Shown here: positions 41,930 through 53,891 of the stretch, piece after piece | How the letters are laid out: each line of letters starts with the position of its first letter | Position numbering within the stretch: position 1 is the first letter of the stretch | Source of the DNA: Mobula hypostoma | Lineage: Eukaryota | Assembly: GCF_963921235.1 (NCBI RefSeq) | Contig: NC_086097.1 | Span: 76,262,001-76,326,000, forward strand | Length of the DNA stretch: 64,000 nt | Reading direction: 5' to 3' | Program-made: the position numbers and the translations under genes | Notes under the pieces: generated by a model | Told to the model about the DNA's origin: nothing | Database searches by the model: none | Seen by the model: only the letters and a program-made list of their open reading frames with translations

Positions 41930-42395
41930 AGTGAGTGGACTTGCCAAGTGGCACCTACGCACAGAGAGCTAAGTCAACAGCAAGATGGAATGCCTTTCAC
42001 TTAGCTGGATGCGTGCAGCTCAGATGACATTTAATAAACTCAACAACATTCAGGACATATTTGATTGCTACCTCATTCACCATGCTAAATATTTATTCTC
42101 TCTTCCACTGGTGTGCTAAGGCTACAACACACACCACCTACAAAATACAGTGTGCTCACTCATCAAGATTAGCTGGATCGCACCTCCCAAATCCACACTT
42201 GATCATCAGGCACCACCTGTGAGACACTTGCCATCTTGATTAGAAAATGCATTGCCATTTCTTCATTGTACCCTCACCAGAAGGACAGTTATCAGACTGT
42301 TTCATTAAGGCAGCTCATCAGCACTATCTCAAGGCCAATTAATAATGAGAAATAAATGCTGGCATTGCCAATGGAACTCATATCTCCTCCCCAAA
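41930..42395 (+). mobile_element. Ancient CR1/L2-group LINE 3' end
   Basis: 'aaggcagctcatcagcactatctcaaggccaatta...aataaatgctggcattgcca'. A reverse copy of this tail lies near 42975-43100. Confidence 0.55.
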
Positions 42396-44137
42396 GAAAG
42401 CTGCCAGCCATATGAAAATTCAGTTAGGTATAATGTCATGGAAGGAAGACATCAGGAATGGCTTGCAATCCTGTGCAGGGTCTTTATCACAGATCCTGTG
42501 GTCAGGAATTACTGGTGGACAATGGCAGGATGGTCTAAGCATCATTTCTGCAAGCTGCTGGTACAAAGTTAAGTATAATTTAAGTCTATTGTAAATGCCT
42601 CAGGGCTGATAAGCAAGGGGCTCAAGACAGCAGGTGACCATACTTCTGTATTTACCAAAGAGAATGCTTCGTGGGAAGGAGAGTTTCTTTTACTTGTACT
42701 TTGGAGGAGTTTCACTGGTGAGGTACTTACAGCAGGGTAGGAGCAGATTTAAATATTATGGGGGCCCACGTACTTATGCGATGTAGGTCCAAGGACATAA
42801 ACACAGCATTGGTTCTAAAGCTGAATTGAAAAATAAAACTAAAAGTTACCTTGTGCTGCTTTTGGATTCATCATGTGTTCTTCTGACTGGTTGTTCATAT
42901 GAAACAATGTTATACTTGAATTATGATCATAACTTTAAATGTTACCTTTGTTAACGTATGTACTGGAAAAAGCTGTTACTGGCAAGGTCAGCATTTACTG
43001 GGCACCTTTAAATTCCTTTAATTTTGCTGCAAGTCATCTGCTGAAGGTACTCCCAAATATAGTTACGTCTCAGAGCTGGAAATTTCAGGGATCTGTACCA
43101 GGCTTCAAGGCCTGATGTTACCACATCCAGATCTGGTGGTTGATTTTGCTGGCTGAGACCGTCCAGGAGTCAGATGGTGAAAGTCCTATGTGGTATGTCT
43201 TTTGATATAATCAGCCTGGGTGATCTAGACCTACCCAGTAAATTCGTTTGGAATCAAATGATGGGAAATAAAATTAACTTCGCCATCTATCAATGCTTCA
43301 TATTTTTTTCAAAGCTTCTGAATGTTCCTGACATTCTATAAGGTTTAAAAATATTAAAAATGAAATAAACAAGAAAACTTGAAATCTTAAAATTAAGCAC
43401 CCAAGAATGTTTTTACATAATTAAAACATTAAAGCAAACACAAATGACTGAAGAAATAAAACTTACCTTTTTTTAAAAAAATTCTTCCTTGTGGCCATGC
43501 AAACCTCATTTGACTGGTGCAGAATCTGAGAATAGATTCCCCAGTAAAAGTGCTGGCGAACATCTGCCAATTCGCGCTTCACTGTTGGACAGCAGTGAGG
43601 CACAGCTGGGATATTGCTGGCAGTGCTCAGAACTTCTGAATTCGTAAGTGGGTCCTGAAAGTTGCAAGCATTTGTTTGGGTAAATGTGAGCAGTTCCATG
43701 TGGAACTGCCAGAAATAAAGAAAAAACTCGAACAAAATCCAGGCAATAATCTATAACAATTGTAGAAACCAATGAGGACTTTCTAACTTTCAATTTTCAG
43801 GTCCAAAATGCCACACTGAATATGGAAATTTGATTTATATTTCACTACATAAGTTGTGCAAAAATATACTTGCCATTTTGAATAAATGCTTCCATTTTTT
43901 CTTTGAAAGGCTGGAGTTCTTGCTCTGATGAATGTTGGCATACAAGGAGTGTTTCTTTCTCACATGCTGAAAATACATAAATTACCAAAAGAAAGTCTAA
44001 GTTTTCAAAACACAACCATTTATCAAGTTTACAATATTTACTCTACAACTCACAAACTTATTAAAGGTATGTTGAACAGGAGTCCAAGAAATATTAAACC
44101 CATAGCCAGAAGAATTAAAACCTGAGTCTTTATTAAT

Positions 44138-44570
44138 AAACACAGAATGCTGGAGGAACCTAGCAGGTCAGGCAGAACCCAGGGAAATGAATAAACAGTT
44201 GGAAAAATCCATGTTCATGCCATCAGGTTGGAGCTACTGAGATGAAAAATTAGGTATTGCTCCTCCAACATGAAAGTGGCCTCATCATGGCAGAAGAGGA
44301 GGCTATGGACTGATACGTCTGAATGTGATAGGGGTTAGGAATTGAAATGGTTGACCATCGGGAAATTCTGCTTTTTGCAGATGGCGCTGAGTTGCTCGAT
44401 AAAGCGGTCCCCCAGTCTATGACAGCTCTCCCAAATGTAGAGAAAGCAGCATTGGGAGCACTGAATACAGCAGACAAACCCAACAGATTGGCAGGTGAAG
44501 TGTTGCCACACCTGGAAGGATAGTTTGAAGTTCTGAATGGAGGTGAAGAAGGTGAATGAACAACTGTAGT
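44138..44570 (-). mobile_element. Penelope-like GIY-YIG fragment with pLTR end
   Basis: ORF 44335..44625 'SFQVWQHFTCQSVGFVCCIQCSQCCFLYIWESCHRLGDRFIEQL..HFNS'. Confidence 0.85.
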
Positions 44571-44805
44571 ACTTAATTAATGGGGTGTTATTAATGTATA
44601 ATGCAATTTTTAATAATTTGTACAAGTAGTTAAGCTACGTGATTATGGTTTCTAAAGCCAAAAAGGGTAAATTTTACCTTGCTGACTAAAGGTAAGTTTC
44701 TTTGTGAATATCATTACCAACACTGCATGTATTTTTACCAAAATAACACACACAAAATGCTGGAGGAACTCAGCAGGTCAGGCAACGTCTTTGGAAAAGA
44801 GTAAA

Positions 44806-44843
44806 CCGTCAATGTTTCAGGCCAAAACCCTTCTTCAGGAGTG
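44806..44843 (-). ncRNA. Minimal hammerhead motif (CUGAAGA and GAAA intact; stems eroded)
   Basis: CACTC-CTGAAGA-AGGGTTTTGGCCT-GAAA-CATT-GACGG. Confidence 0.7.
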
Positions 44844-46348
44844 AAAGGGAAGGGCGGAGATGCCTGAATTAAAAGATGGAGGGGAGGGGAGAGAGGTTAG
44901 CTGCAAGATGATAGGTGAGGCCAGGTTGGTGGTAAAGGTGAAGGGCTGGAGAAGGACGAATCTGATAGGAGAGGAGAGTGGACAATAGGAGAAAGGGAAG
45001 GGGGAGGGGTCCCAGGGGGAAGTAATAGGCAGATGAGAAGAAATAAAAGTTCAGAGTGGGGAATAGAGGAAGAAGGAGGAGAACTTTGTTCACTGGAAGG
45101 AGATATCGATATTTATCCCATCATGCTGGAGGGAATATAAGGTGTTGCTCCTCCACCCCAAGCAACATGAGGAGGCCATGGATCAGCATGTTGGAATGGG
45201 AACTAAAATGTTTGGCCACCGGGAAGTCCCGCTTGTGGTAAATTGTTTGGAGGTGCACAAAGAAGCTGTCCCCCAACTTACAATGGGTCCCACCAATGTA
45301 GAGGAGGCTGCTTCGGGAGCACTGGACATGATAGATGACCCCAACAGATTTGCAGGTGAAGTGCTGCATCACCTGTTTGGCGCCCTGAATGGAAGTGAGG
45401 GAGGAATTGTAGAGGCAGGTGTAGCACTTAAGCCGTTTGCATGAGTAAGTGCCCAGAGGGAGATTAATGGGGAGGGACGAATGGACAAGGGAATTGAAGA
45501 TCCATGCAGAAAGCAATAGGGGGTGGGGGAGGTAAAGATATATTTAGTGGTGGGGTCCCTTTAGAGATGGCAGAAGTTGTGGAGGATGTGTTGGATGCGG
45601 AGGCTGATGGGTTGGCAGGTAAAGACAAGAGAGGCTCTATCACTATTGTGACGGAGGGAAGATGGGGTGAGTGCAGATTTACGGGAAATGGAGGAGATGC
45701 AGGTGAAAGCAGCATCAATAGTAGAAGGAGGGAAATAAAATCTTTTACAGAAGGAAGACATCTCTGATGTCCTGGAATGGAAAGCCACATCCTGAGAGCA
45801 GATATATGGAGGCAAAGAAAATGAGAAAAAGGAATAGCATTTTTACAGGAGATTGGGTGGGAAGAGGCATAGTCACGATAATTAGGGAAATCAGTAGGTT
45901 TATAAAATATGTTGTTCGACAGATTGTCTCCAGAGATGGAGACAGAGAGATCAAGAAAGGGGAAGGAGGTGTCCAAGATGGACCCAGTGACTTCAAGTGC
46001 AGGGTGGAAGCGAGAGGCGTATAGGGACTGAACATAGTGAAGATGGGGAGGTCACCTTATATTCTGCCTGGGTACCTTCCAGCCTGAAGGGATGAATATC
46101 AATTTCTCCTTCTGGTAAACAAAATTCCCTCCCCCACCCCCCAATTATTCTCCACACTGACCTTTTACTTCTCACCTGTCTATTACTTCCTCCTTCCCTT
46201 TCTCCTATTGTCCACTTTCCTCTCCTATTAGATCCTTCCTCCTCTAGCCCTTGACCTTTCCCACCCACCTGGTTCCACCCATCATCTTCCAGATAACATC
46301 TCTCCCCTCTCCCCATCTTTTAATTCAGGCATCTCCCCTCTTCCCTCT

Positions 46349-46386
46349 CAGTCTTGAAGAAGGGTCTTGACCTGAAACACCGACTG
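46349..46386 (+). ncRNA. Minimal hammerhead motif (C3U; U16.1 mutated)
   Basis: CAGTC-TTGAAGA-AGGGTCTTGACCT-GAAA-CACC-GACTG; stem I CAGTC/GACTG is perfect. Confidence 0.7.
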
Positions 46387-46862
46387 TTTACTCTTTTCCA
46401 TAGATGGTGCCTCACTGACTGAGTTTCTCCAGCATTTTGTGTGTGTTGTTTTGGATTTCCAGCACCTGCAGACATTCCCAAATTTACATTTTTATCATAT
46501 TCTTTTAAATATGTATTGCTTAAAAAAACTAACAATGTTGAATTGTTCAGTACAAATTACCCACATTTGCAACTTTCAATCAGGCAAAAAATTTACTAAC
46601 AATTTTTACAGTTGTAAATACTTTAGATGTGTAAGAAACCTTCATCTTTTAAATACCTCACTTTTGTGGATACGTGAGGGCCATCTATCTGTTATTAGAT
46701 CATTAGGTATAGGAGAAGAACTAGGCTATTTGGCTCACCGATTCTGCTCTGTCATTCCATCATGGATGATTTATTATCTCTCTCAACTCCATTCTTCTGC
46801 CTTCTGCCCATAACCTTTAACCCCCTTACTAATCAAGAACCTAACAACTGCCCCTTTAAATA

Positions 46863-47593
46863 CAGACAATCCCCGAGTTACGAACGTCCGACTTACGAAC
46901 AACTCGTCCTCATGAACAGCCTGCCATAAAGCCTATTATATTAAAAATTCATTGGCATCCGCCATTTTAAGTCAGATCACGTTGCTGTTAACACTGTATT
47001 GAGTGTGTAACTTTGTATTTGGATTAACTATTTCTTAGCAAGATTCACCCTGCCCAACCCCCCCCCACCCTTTTCCAGTCAGCACTGTCCCCACTTGTCC
47101 CATTTAACCTGTCTCAGTGTGGGTGGACTTTAGGACCCAGGGGAGCTTGGGACCTGCCACCCGCGGCTGCTGCTGAATCTGCAGTGTTTCTGTTCCGTTG
47201 ACGGAAAACGATCAGGATTGAAAATAAAGTGGAAATAATAAAGCCAGCGGAAAGAGGTGAAACGCCATCGGTCACTGGAAAAGCGTTAGGCTACAGTCAG
47301 TCAACGATCGGAACAATTTAAAGGATAAACGCTAAAGTGAGAATAATGGAGCATGTGAAAGGCCCTGCCTCGATGAAAGCTACAATTATTACTAAGCAAC
47401 GCAGCGGTTTAATTATTGAAATACATATATTTCTTAAGTGTTTTAGAAAGGTAAAATATATACTATATACTAAGACAAATGTTTGACTGACTGACGCTAA
47501 ATAATACCGATGTACCTGTTCCAACTTACGTACAAATCCGACTTAAGGACGGATTCAGGAACGGAACTCGGTTCGTAACTCGGGGTCTGCCTG
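46863..47593 (+). mobile_element. Tigger/pogo-like non-autonomous DNA transposon
   Basis: TIRs cagacaatccccgagttacgaac / gttcgtaactcggggtctgcctg; TA TSDs at 46861-46862 and 47594-47595; CENP-B-type HTH remnant 'RKTIRIENKVEIIK..ERGETPSVTGKALGYSQSTIGTI'. Confidence 0.92.
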
Positions 47594-47691
47594 TATACTC
47601 AATGATGACCTCCACAGCTGTTCGTAGCAATGAATTCCAGAGATTCACCCATACACTGGTGAATGGGTGTCTAAATGAGTGTTTTCTATCC

Positions 47692-47752
47692 CAGGGGTTT
47701 CTAACCTGGGGTCCATGGAATTCATTGCATAAAAAAAGGAGGCGAACCCCTG
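47692..47752. mobile_element. 61-bp hAT-type MITE
   Basis: TIRs caggggtt / aacccctg; diverged 8-bp flanks ttctatcc / ctcttttc (5/8 identical); interrupts CR1. Confidence 0.7.
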
Positions 47753-50700
47753 CTCTTTTCTGTGGCTGTACCCCCTGGTCCTAGACTCACCAACTAGAGG
47801 AAACATCCTCTCCACATCTACTCTATCTAGGACTTTCAATATTCAATAGGTCTCAATGGGAGCCCTCCTCATTTGTCTAAACTCCAGCTGCTACAGACCC
47901 AGAGCCATCAAACATTCCTCCTATGTTAACCCTTTCATTCCCAGAATCATTCTCATGAACCACCCTCTGGACCCTCTCCAATACTAGCACATCCTTTCTT
48001 AGAAAAGAGGTCCAAATCTGCTCACAATACTCCAAGTGTGGGCTGACCAATGCCTTATAAAGCCTCAGCATTACATTCTTGCTCTTGTATTCTTGTCCTC
48101 AAAATTAATGCTAACCTTGCATTTGCTTTCCTTACTAGCGACTCAACCTGCAAATTAACCTTTGGGGAATCTCCTACACAAGGACTCCCAAGTCCCTTTG
48201 TATCGCTGATTTTAGAATTTTCACTCAGTTTGGAAAATAATCTACACCTTTATTACTTCTACCAAACTGCATGACCATACACTTTCTTACACTATATTCC
48301 ACCTGCCCATTCTTTGCCCATTCTCCCAATCTGTCTAAGTTCTTCTGCTGACTCTCTGCTTCCTCAACACTACTTGCTCCTCCACCTACCTTTGTATCAC
48401 CTGCAAATCTGGCCACAAAGCCATCAGTTCTGTTATCCAAATCGGTGACATATAATGTGAAAAGAAGCAGTCCCAACACTGACCTCTGTGGATTACTACT
48501 GTCACTGTCAGCCAAACAGAATATGCCCCCTTTATTTTCACACTTTGTCTCCTGCCAGTCAGGCAATCTTCTATCCATGCTAGTATCTTTCCTGTAATAC
48601 CATGGGCTCTTATCTTTCTAAGCAGCCTCATGTACAGCACCTTATCAAAGGCCTTCTGAAAATCCAAGTAACAATATTCACTGACTCTCCTTTGTCAATC
48701 CTGCTTGTTATTTCCTCAAAGGAATCCAACAGGTTTGTCAGGCAAGATTTCCTCTGAAGGAAACCATGCTGACTTTGGCCTGCTTTATTGTGTGCCTCCA
48801 AGTATTCTGAAGGTAAGGGTTCCCATACCCTAAGCTCCCTAATCATTATCATCCTAAATATTGAATTCCAATATTAGCCCAACCAATGAAGTCAGGCTAA
48901 CTGGCCTGTAATTTCCTTTCTTCTACCTCCCTCCCTTCTTGAAGAGTGGAGTGACACTTGCACTTTTACAGTTCTCAGGAACCGTTCCAGAATCTAGGGA
49001 TTCTTTAAAAATCATTATTACTACTTTCAGAAACCTGAGTTATAGTCCATGCGGTCCAGCTGATTTATCTTCCTTCAGAGCTTTCAGCTTCCCAAGCAGC
49101 TTCTCCTTTGTAATAGCAACTACAGTCACTTGTGCCCCCGACAGTCTCGAATTTCTGGCATACTGCTAGTGTCTTTCAAATGAAGACATTCGCAAAATAC
49201 TTATTAGGTTTGTCTGCCATTTCTTTGTCCCCCATTACTATTACTCCAGTGTCTTTTTCCAGCAGTTCCATATCCACTCTCATCTCTTTTACTCTTTATG
49301 TATCTGAAAAAAAAACTTTTGGTACCTTTTTTATATATTATTGGCCAGTTTACCTTCATATTTCATCTTTTCCCTCCTTATGGATTTTTAATTGCCTTCA
49401 GTTGGTTTTAAGAGTTTTCCAGTCCTCTAACTTCCTACTAATTTTTGCTATATGATATGCCCTCTCTTTTGCTCTTATGCTGTCTTTGACTGTACTTATC
49501 CGCTACAGTGCCACATCCTCCCTTTAGAATACTTCATCTTTGGGATGTATGTATCTTGTGCCTTCTGAATTGCCTGCAAAAACTCCAGGCTTTGCTGTTC
49601 TGCCATTATCCCTGCTAGTGTTCCCTTCCAATCAACTTTGGCCAGCTCCTCTCTCATGCCTCTGCATTACTCCATTGTAATACTGATATATCTAACTTTA
49701 TCTTCTCCCTCTCAAATACCAGGGTGAATTCCATCATATTATGAGCACTGTCTTCAAAGGGTTCCCATACCTTAAACTCCTTAATCAAATCTGGTTCATA
49801 ATACAATACCCAATCCCGAAATGCCTTTCTGCTAGTGAGGCTCAACCACAAACTGCTCTAAAAAGCCATCTCATGGGCATTCTACAAATTTCCTCTCTTT
49901 GGATTCAGCACCAAACTACCTGCCTTTTGAAATCCCCCTTAACTATTATAACATTGCCCTTTTTACATGTTATTTGTCCCCCATTGTAATTTATATCTGA
50001 CATTCTGGCTACTGTTCAGACACCTGTATAATACTCCCATCAGGGTCTTTTTACTCTTGCAGTTTCTTAACTCACAACTTTCTATGGATTTGATCTCATT
50101 TTGGCCCATACAGCCACCTCCACCCCCACCTACCTGCCTCTCCTTTTGGTACGATGTATAAGAAAATACAAAACTCCAAACTATGATCTTCTTTCAGTGA
50201 TACCCACAACGTCATACCTACCAATCTCTAGCTGTGCTACAAGATCACCTATCTTATTCTACACACTGCGTGCATTCAAATATACCACCTTCAGTCCTGT
50301 ATTCATTATTATTTTCAAGTTTGCTCCCATGTTACACTTTAACTCATCCCACTGACAGCAATTTTGCCTTTTCATCTGCCTGTCTTTCGTCACAGTCTTA
50401 CTACACAATGCATTGACTCGTTGCATTGACTCGTATTCCAACTATCCTATCGTCAGCCTTATCACTCTGGTTCCTATCCTGCTGCCAAATTAGTTTAAAT
50501 CTTTCCCAACAGCTCTAGCAAACCTGCTCAAAAGGATATTGCCCCCCCACACTCCCACCCCCCGGTTCAAGTGTAACTAGTCCTTCTTGAATAGGTTATA
50601 CCTTCCCTAGAAGACATCCCAATGAGATAGGAATCTGAAACACTGCCCCTTGCATCAATTCCTCAGTCCCTCATTCACCTGTACTATCATCCTATTTCTG

Positions 50701-52599
50701 CCCAGAATAGCACATAGTAATGGGAGTAATTCAGAGATTACTGCCTTGGAGGTCCTGTTCTTCAGCCTCCTCTCTAATCCTCTAGACTCACTGTGCAGTA
50801 TCTCTTCCCAGTTTCTACCTACATCACTGGTGCCAAGGTGCACCATGACCTTTGGCTGCTCATCTTCCCTCTTGAGAATCTTCTGTAGCCACTCTGAGAC
50901 ATCCTGAACCCTTTCTGGAAATCTCCTGTTAAAACTCATGAATAACCTTAGATGGGGTCCTCAACTGACCAATTTTAAGTTAATGATTCTTTGTTTTATC
51001 TACCAGACTAAAGAATATAGTATCTTTTTGTTTCTTCAATGAAAATCAAAATGATATCAAATTTATTTTAAAAGTGCCCATCTAAGGGAATAATCACAAT
51101 ATTTAAGTCTAAATTTGTATTTAATTTCCTGGCAAGTTCAATGTTCTCCATTGGCTTTGTGTCTTTTTAAATTTAGGGTTCTCAAAATTACATTGAGACA
51201 GCTTATCTATGAGACACCCAATGTACACTTATAAACATAATTTTTCCCTTTTATTTCTGGACTGATTCCTAAACTAGGAAATTCTCAAAATCTTTTAACT
51301 TTCTTTCTCAGGATTATACATTTGATTGGAAAGGTAAAAACAGAATGCTGGAGGAACTCAGCATCTATGCTGGGAATAAACAGTCCACATGGATAGGGTT
51401 CACAGAGGTGGCTTCTTGGAGACAGCACAAGCAGCTCCAATATACAGCAGAATATCTTGGGAGCAGCACTAATTCAAAGGATTGAACTGCCTCCTCCAAC
51501 TGCAGACATACTCTTCTACAACCATCTGGCGCTATTGATGATTAGTGATGTAAAATATTAGTCCATAGGAACCTAGGCACCAGAAAAGAACATAAGTAAA
51601 TCATCTACCCCAATAGTGTTGCCTGTGTCTGCTTGTGCTGTAGTTGACAAAAGCCTCATCCACGCTTTTGGTCCCTTGAAATTCAATTGCACGAATTGGC
51701 ATCTTAGTGACCTCACAATTTTTACTTTAAGATCACTGAAAACCATTTCCTGCATCCCATTCAATGCAGCTTTGTTTACCAGGTTACATTGACCTAGGTT
51801 CTCATTCTTTTTTTTTGCTTATTGTATCATGTAAGTTTGCACAATGTAGGTTAATTTAAGGTTACAACATTTACACTATGTTTATTACATTTGTAACATA
51901 CCATGTTGCTGAAGCAAAAAGCTAATTTTCACGGCATTCATACCCCAGGTATGTGGACCTGTGTTAACAAACTTGAACTTGTGCTACAATTCCTCAAAAA
52001 CCACCCCTATCCTCGAATCTTCTTCCAAAAACTCTGTGATACTCAAATCTGCATTCGCCCTTCACTTCCTCATATGCCTGAAGCTGCTACTTTCAGCTCT
52101 AACACTTTCACCTTCAGCCTTCATCTCTTTTCTCCTCACCTCTTCACCCTTAAGAGCATCGCCTTGACCAAGTGTCAGATTAGCTATCCTCTTTTTCACT
52201 CTTTCGCTCAGAGTCAAGCTTTGTCTGAAGATAATCCTGTGAAATGGCCTGTGATGTTTTAAAATATTAAAAAGTACTGAATAAATGCAAATACTTGCTG
52301 TTACTGTCTTCATATACATGTCTACAGCTATCAGTATCTGGCCAAAAAGTAAGGAAACATTTCATGTCAGAGACCCTCCATAGCCATCTGAAATGTCATT
52401 CCGCCCTCACCCAAAGTATGTTGTACACCACTGCAGAAGAGATTACCCCAGGCTCCCTAAGATAAGAACACCAGGAAATGGAACAAGGACAGAGCTCTTG
52501 GTCCATCAACATGATCATGGTCAATCTATTTTCAAACATTTTCTATCATTATCCCCACATCAGTTAATTATTTTAATGCATATTAGTCTCATTTTGAAT

Positions 52600-53310
52600 A
52601 GAACCAGTGATTGAGCCTCCACAACTCTGTATTTTCACCCTTTCAGTGAGGATATTTCTTCTTATTTCAGTCCTAAAAGTCTAGTTATAGATGCCAATGC
52701 CAGGGGAATCATCCTCCCTGCATCCACCTTGTTGAGACCTTGAAGAATTTTGTCAGTGAAGTCGTCTCTCTTTCTTCTAAACACTAAAGGAGAGGCTTGG
52801 CCAATTTTTTCCTTTATGACAGACCTATTACCCTATTAACCAATTTGGTGGTTCTTCACAGCATTCCATTTAGAATGCAAGTACATCCTTGAACAAAAGA
52901 CCAATATTGTACATTGTACTCCTAGTGTGGCCTCACCAAAGCCTCATATTAATAAAATATATGTACTCAAATTCTTTCATAATAAAGACCATCTTATGAT
53001 TTGCCTTTCAAATTATCTACTGCACATGCATGTTGCCCTTCAATAACTTGTATAAAAGAAAACACACACATTTCAAAAGTAATTGTAATTGCTGTGATTT
53101 TCTTCCCACCTAGATAACCTCATTTCTTTCCCCATTACACTCCATCTGCCATGCTGTCATTTAACTTCTCTAAATATATGTAAAGCCTCTTTGGAATCTC
53201 AGCAATACTCACAGTTTTACTTTGTATTACCTCATCAGCAAAGAGAGAACATTTCATATGTCCTGCATTGGTATAACTGAGGACTAAGTACTGAATCCAT
53301 TGTTTATAGC
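52600..53310 (-). mobile_element. Old CR1 3' fragment
   Basis: 'gagcctccacaactctg', 'acattgtactcctagtgtggcctcacca', 'cattacactccatctgcca', 'tcatcagcaaa' (reverse complement of FADE). Confidence 0.7.
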
Positions 53311-53801
53311 CTACCGATTGTGAAGCACTATTTATTTATGTATTAAAAAATTAACCAACACTACAACCCACATCTATGTATCACCGCCCCCCCATTCCAA
53401 GAATATTCAAATTTTGCATAGTTTCATGTTAGAAGCTTTCTAAAAATCTAAATTTGTCACATCATCTAGTGATTTACTCCAATTAGATACGTTCACAAGG
53501 AATTCCAACATCATAACTCCTCGGTAATCCTGTCCAACTATGTTATTATTTTCATACCTGGATGAATGTATGCAAGTACGAAAACAATTGGAATGAAGGG
53601 GATGAGCTGCAATCCATTTACCACTATCTTTCTGACACTTATCACTAACTCTTTCTACGCATTCATTCATTTAATACGCAGCCATGCCACCTTCAAACAT
53701 TCTCGCCTCTGACCATAGGCAAATGAACAATTTAAAACTGTAGCAGGGAGAATTGTTGCAAGTAACAAATATATTTAACAGATTGCATTCTTAAGTATTT
53801 A

Positions 53802-53891
53802 CTAATTTTCCCTGGACTGGCAAAGTCAATCAGAATTCATTCACAATGCTGCTGCTAGAGTCCTTACTAAGACCAAGGATGTAGAACATAT
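53802..53891 (+). repeat. Left copy of a 90-bp direct repeat (putative long TSD)
   Basis: Matches 54493-54582 at 88/90 positions. Confidence 0.95.

Larger units (their letters stand above)
44741..46475 (-). mobile_element. Penelope-like element with an inverted 5' duplicate of its 3' end
   Basis: Minus strand RT C-terminus 'FPFLDLSVSISGDNLSNNIFYKPTD..Y..SSHP..CKNAIPFS' and GIY-YIG 'FTCKSVGVIYHVQCSRSSLLYIG'. 46050-46475 is a plus-strand inverted copy of ~44745-45150. Confidence 0.92.
46700..50910 (-). mobile_element. Long degraded CR1 LINE (ORF1 esterase, EN, RT, 3' UTR) carrying nested DNA transposons
   Basis: ORF1 'RVQDVSEWLQKILKREDEQPKVMVHLGTSDV'; EN start 'LKVVYLNARSV'; RT 'QHGFLQRKSCLTNLL', 'DFQKAFDKV', 'FAGDTKVGG', 'LYKALVSPHLEYCEQ'. 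Tail at ~46700. Confidence 0.93.

Noticed and set aside
52354..52385. Additional Penelope hammerhead remnant on the minus strand
   Set aside because: Too degenerate (no CUGANGA) to call.
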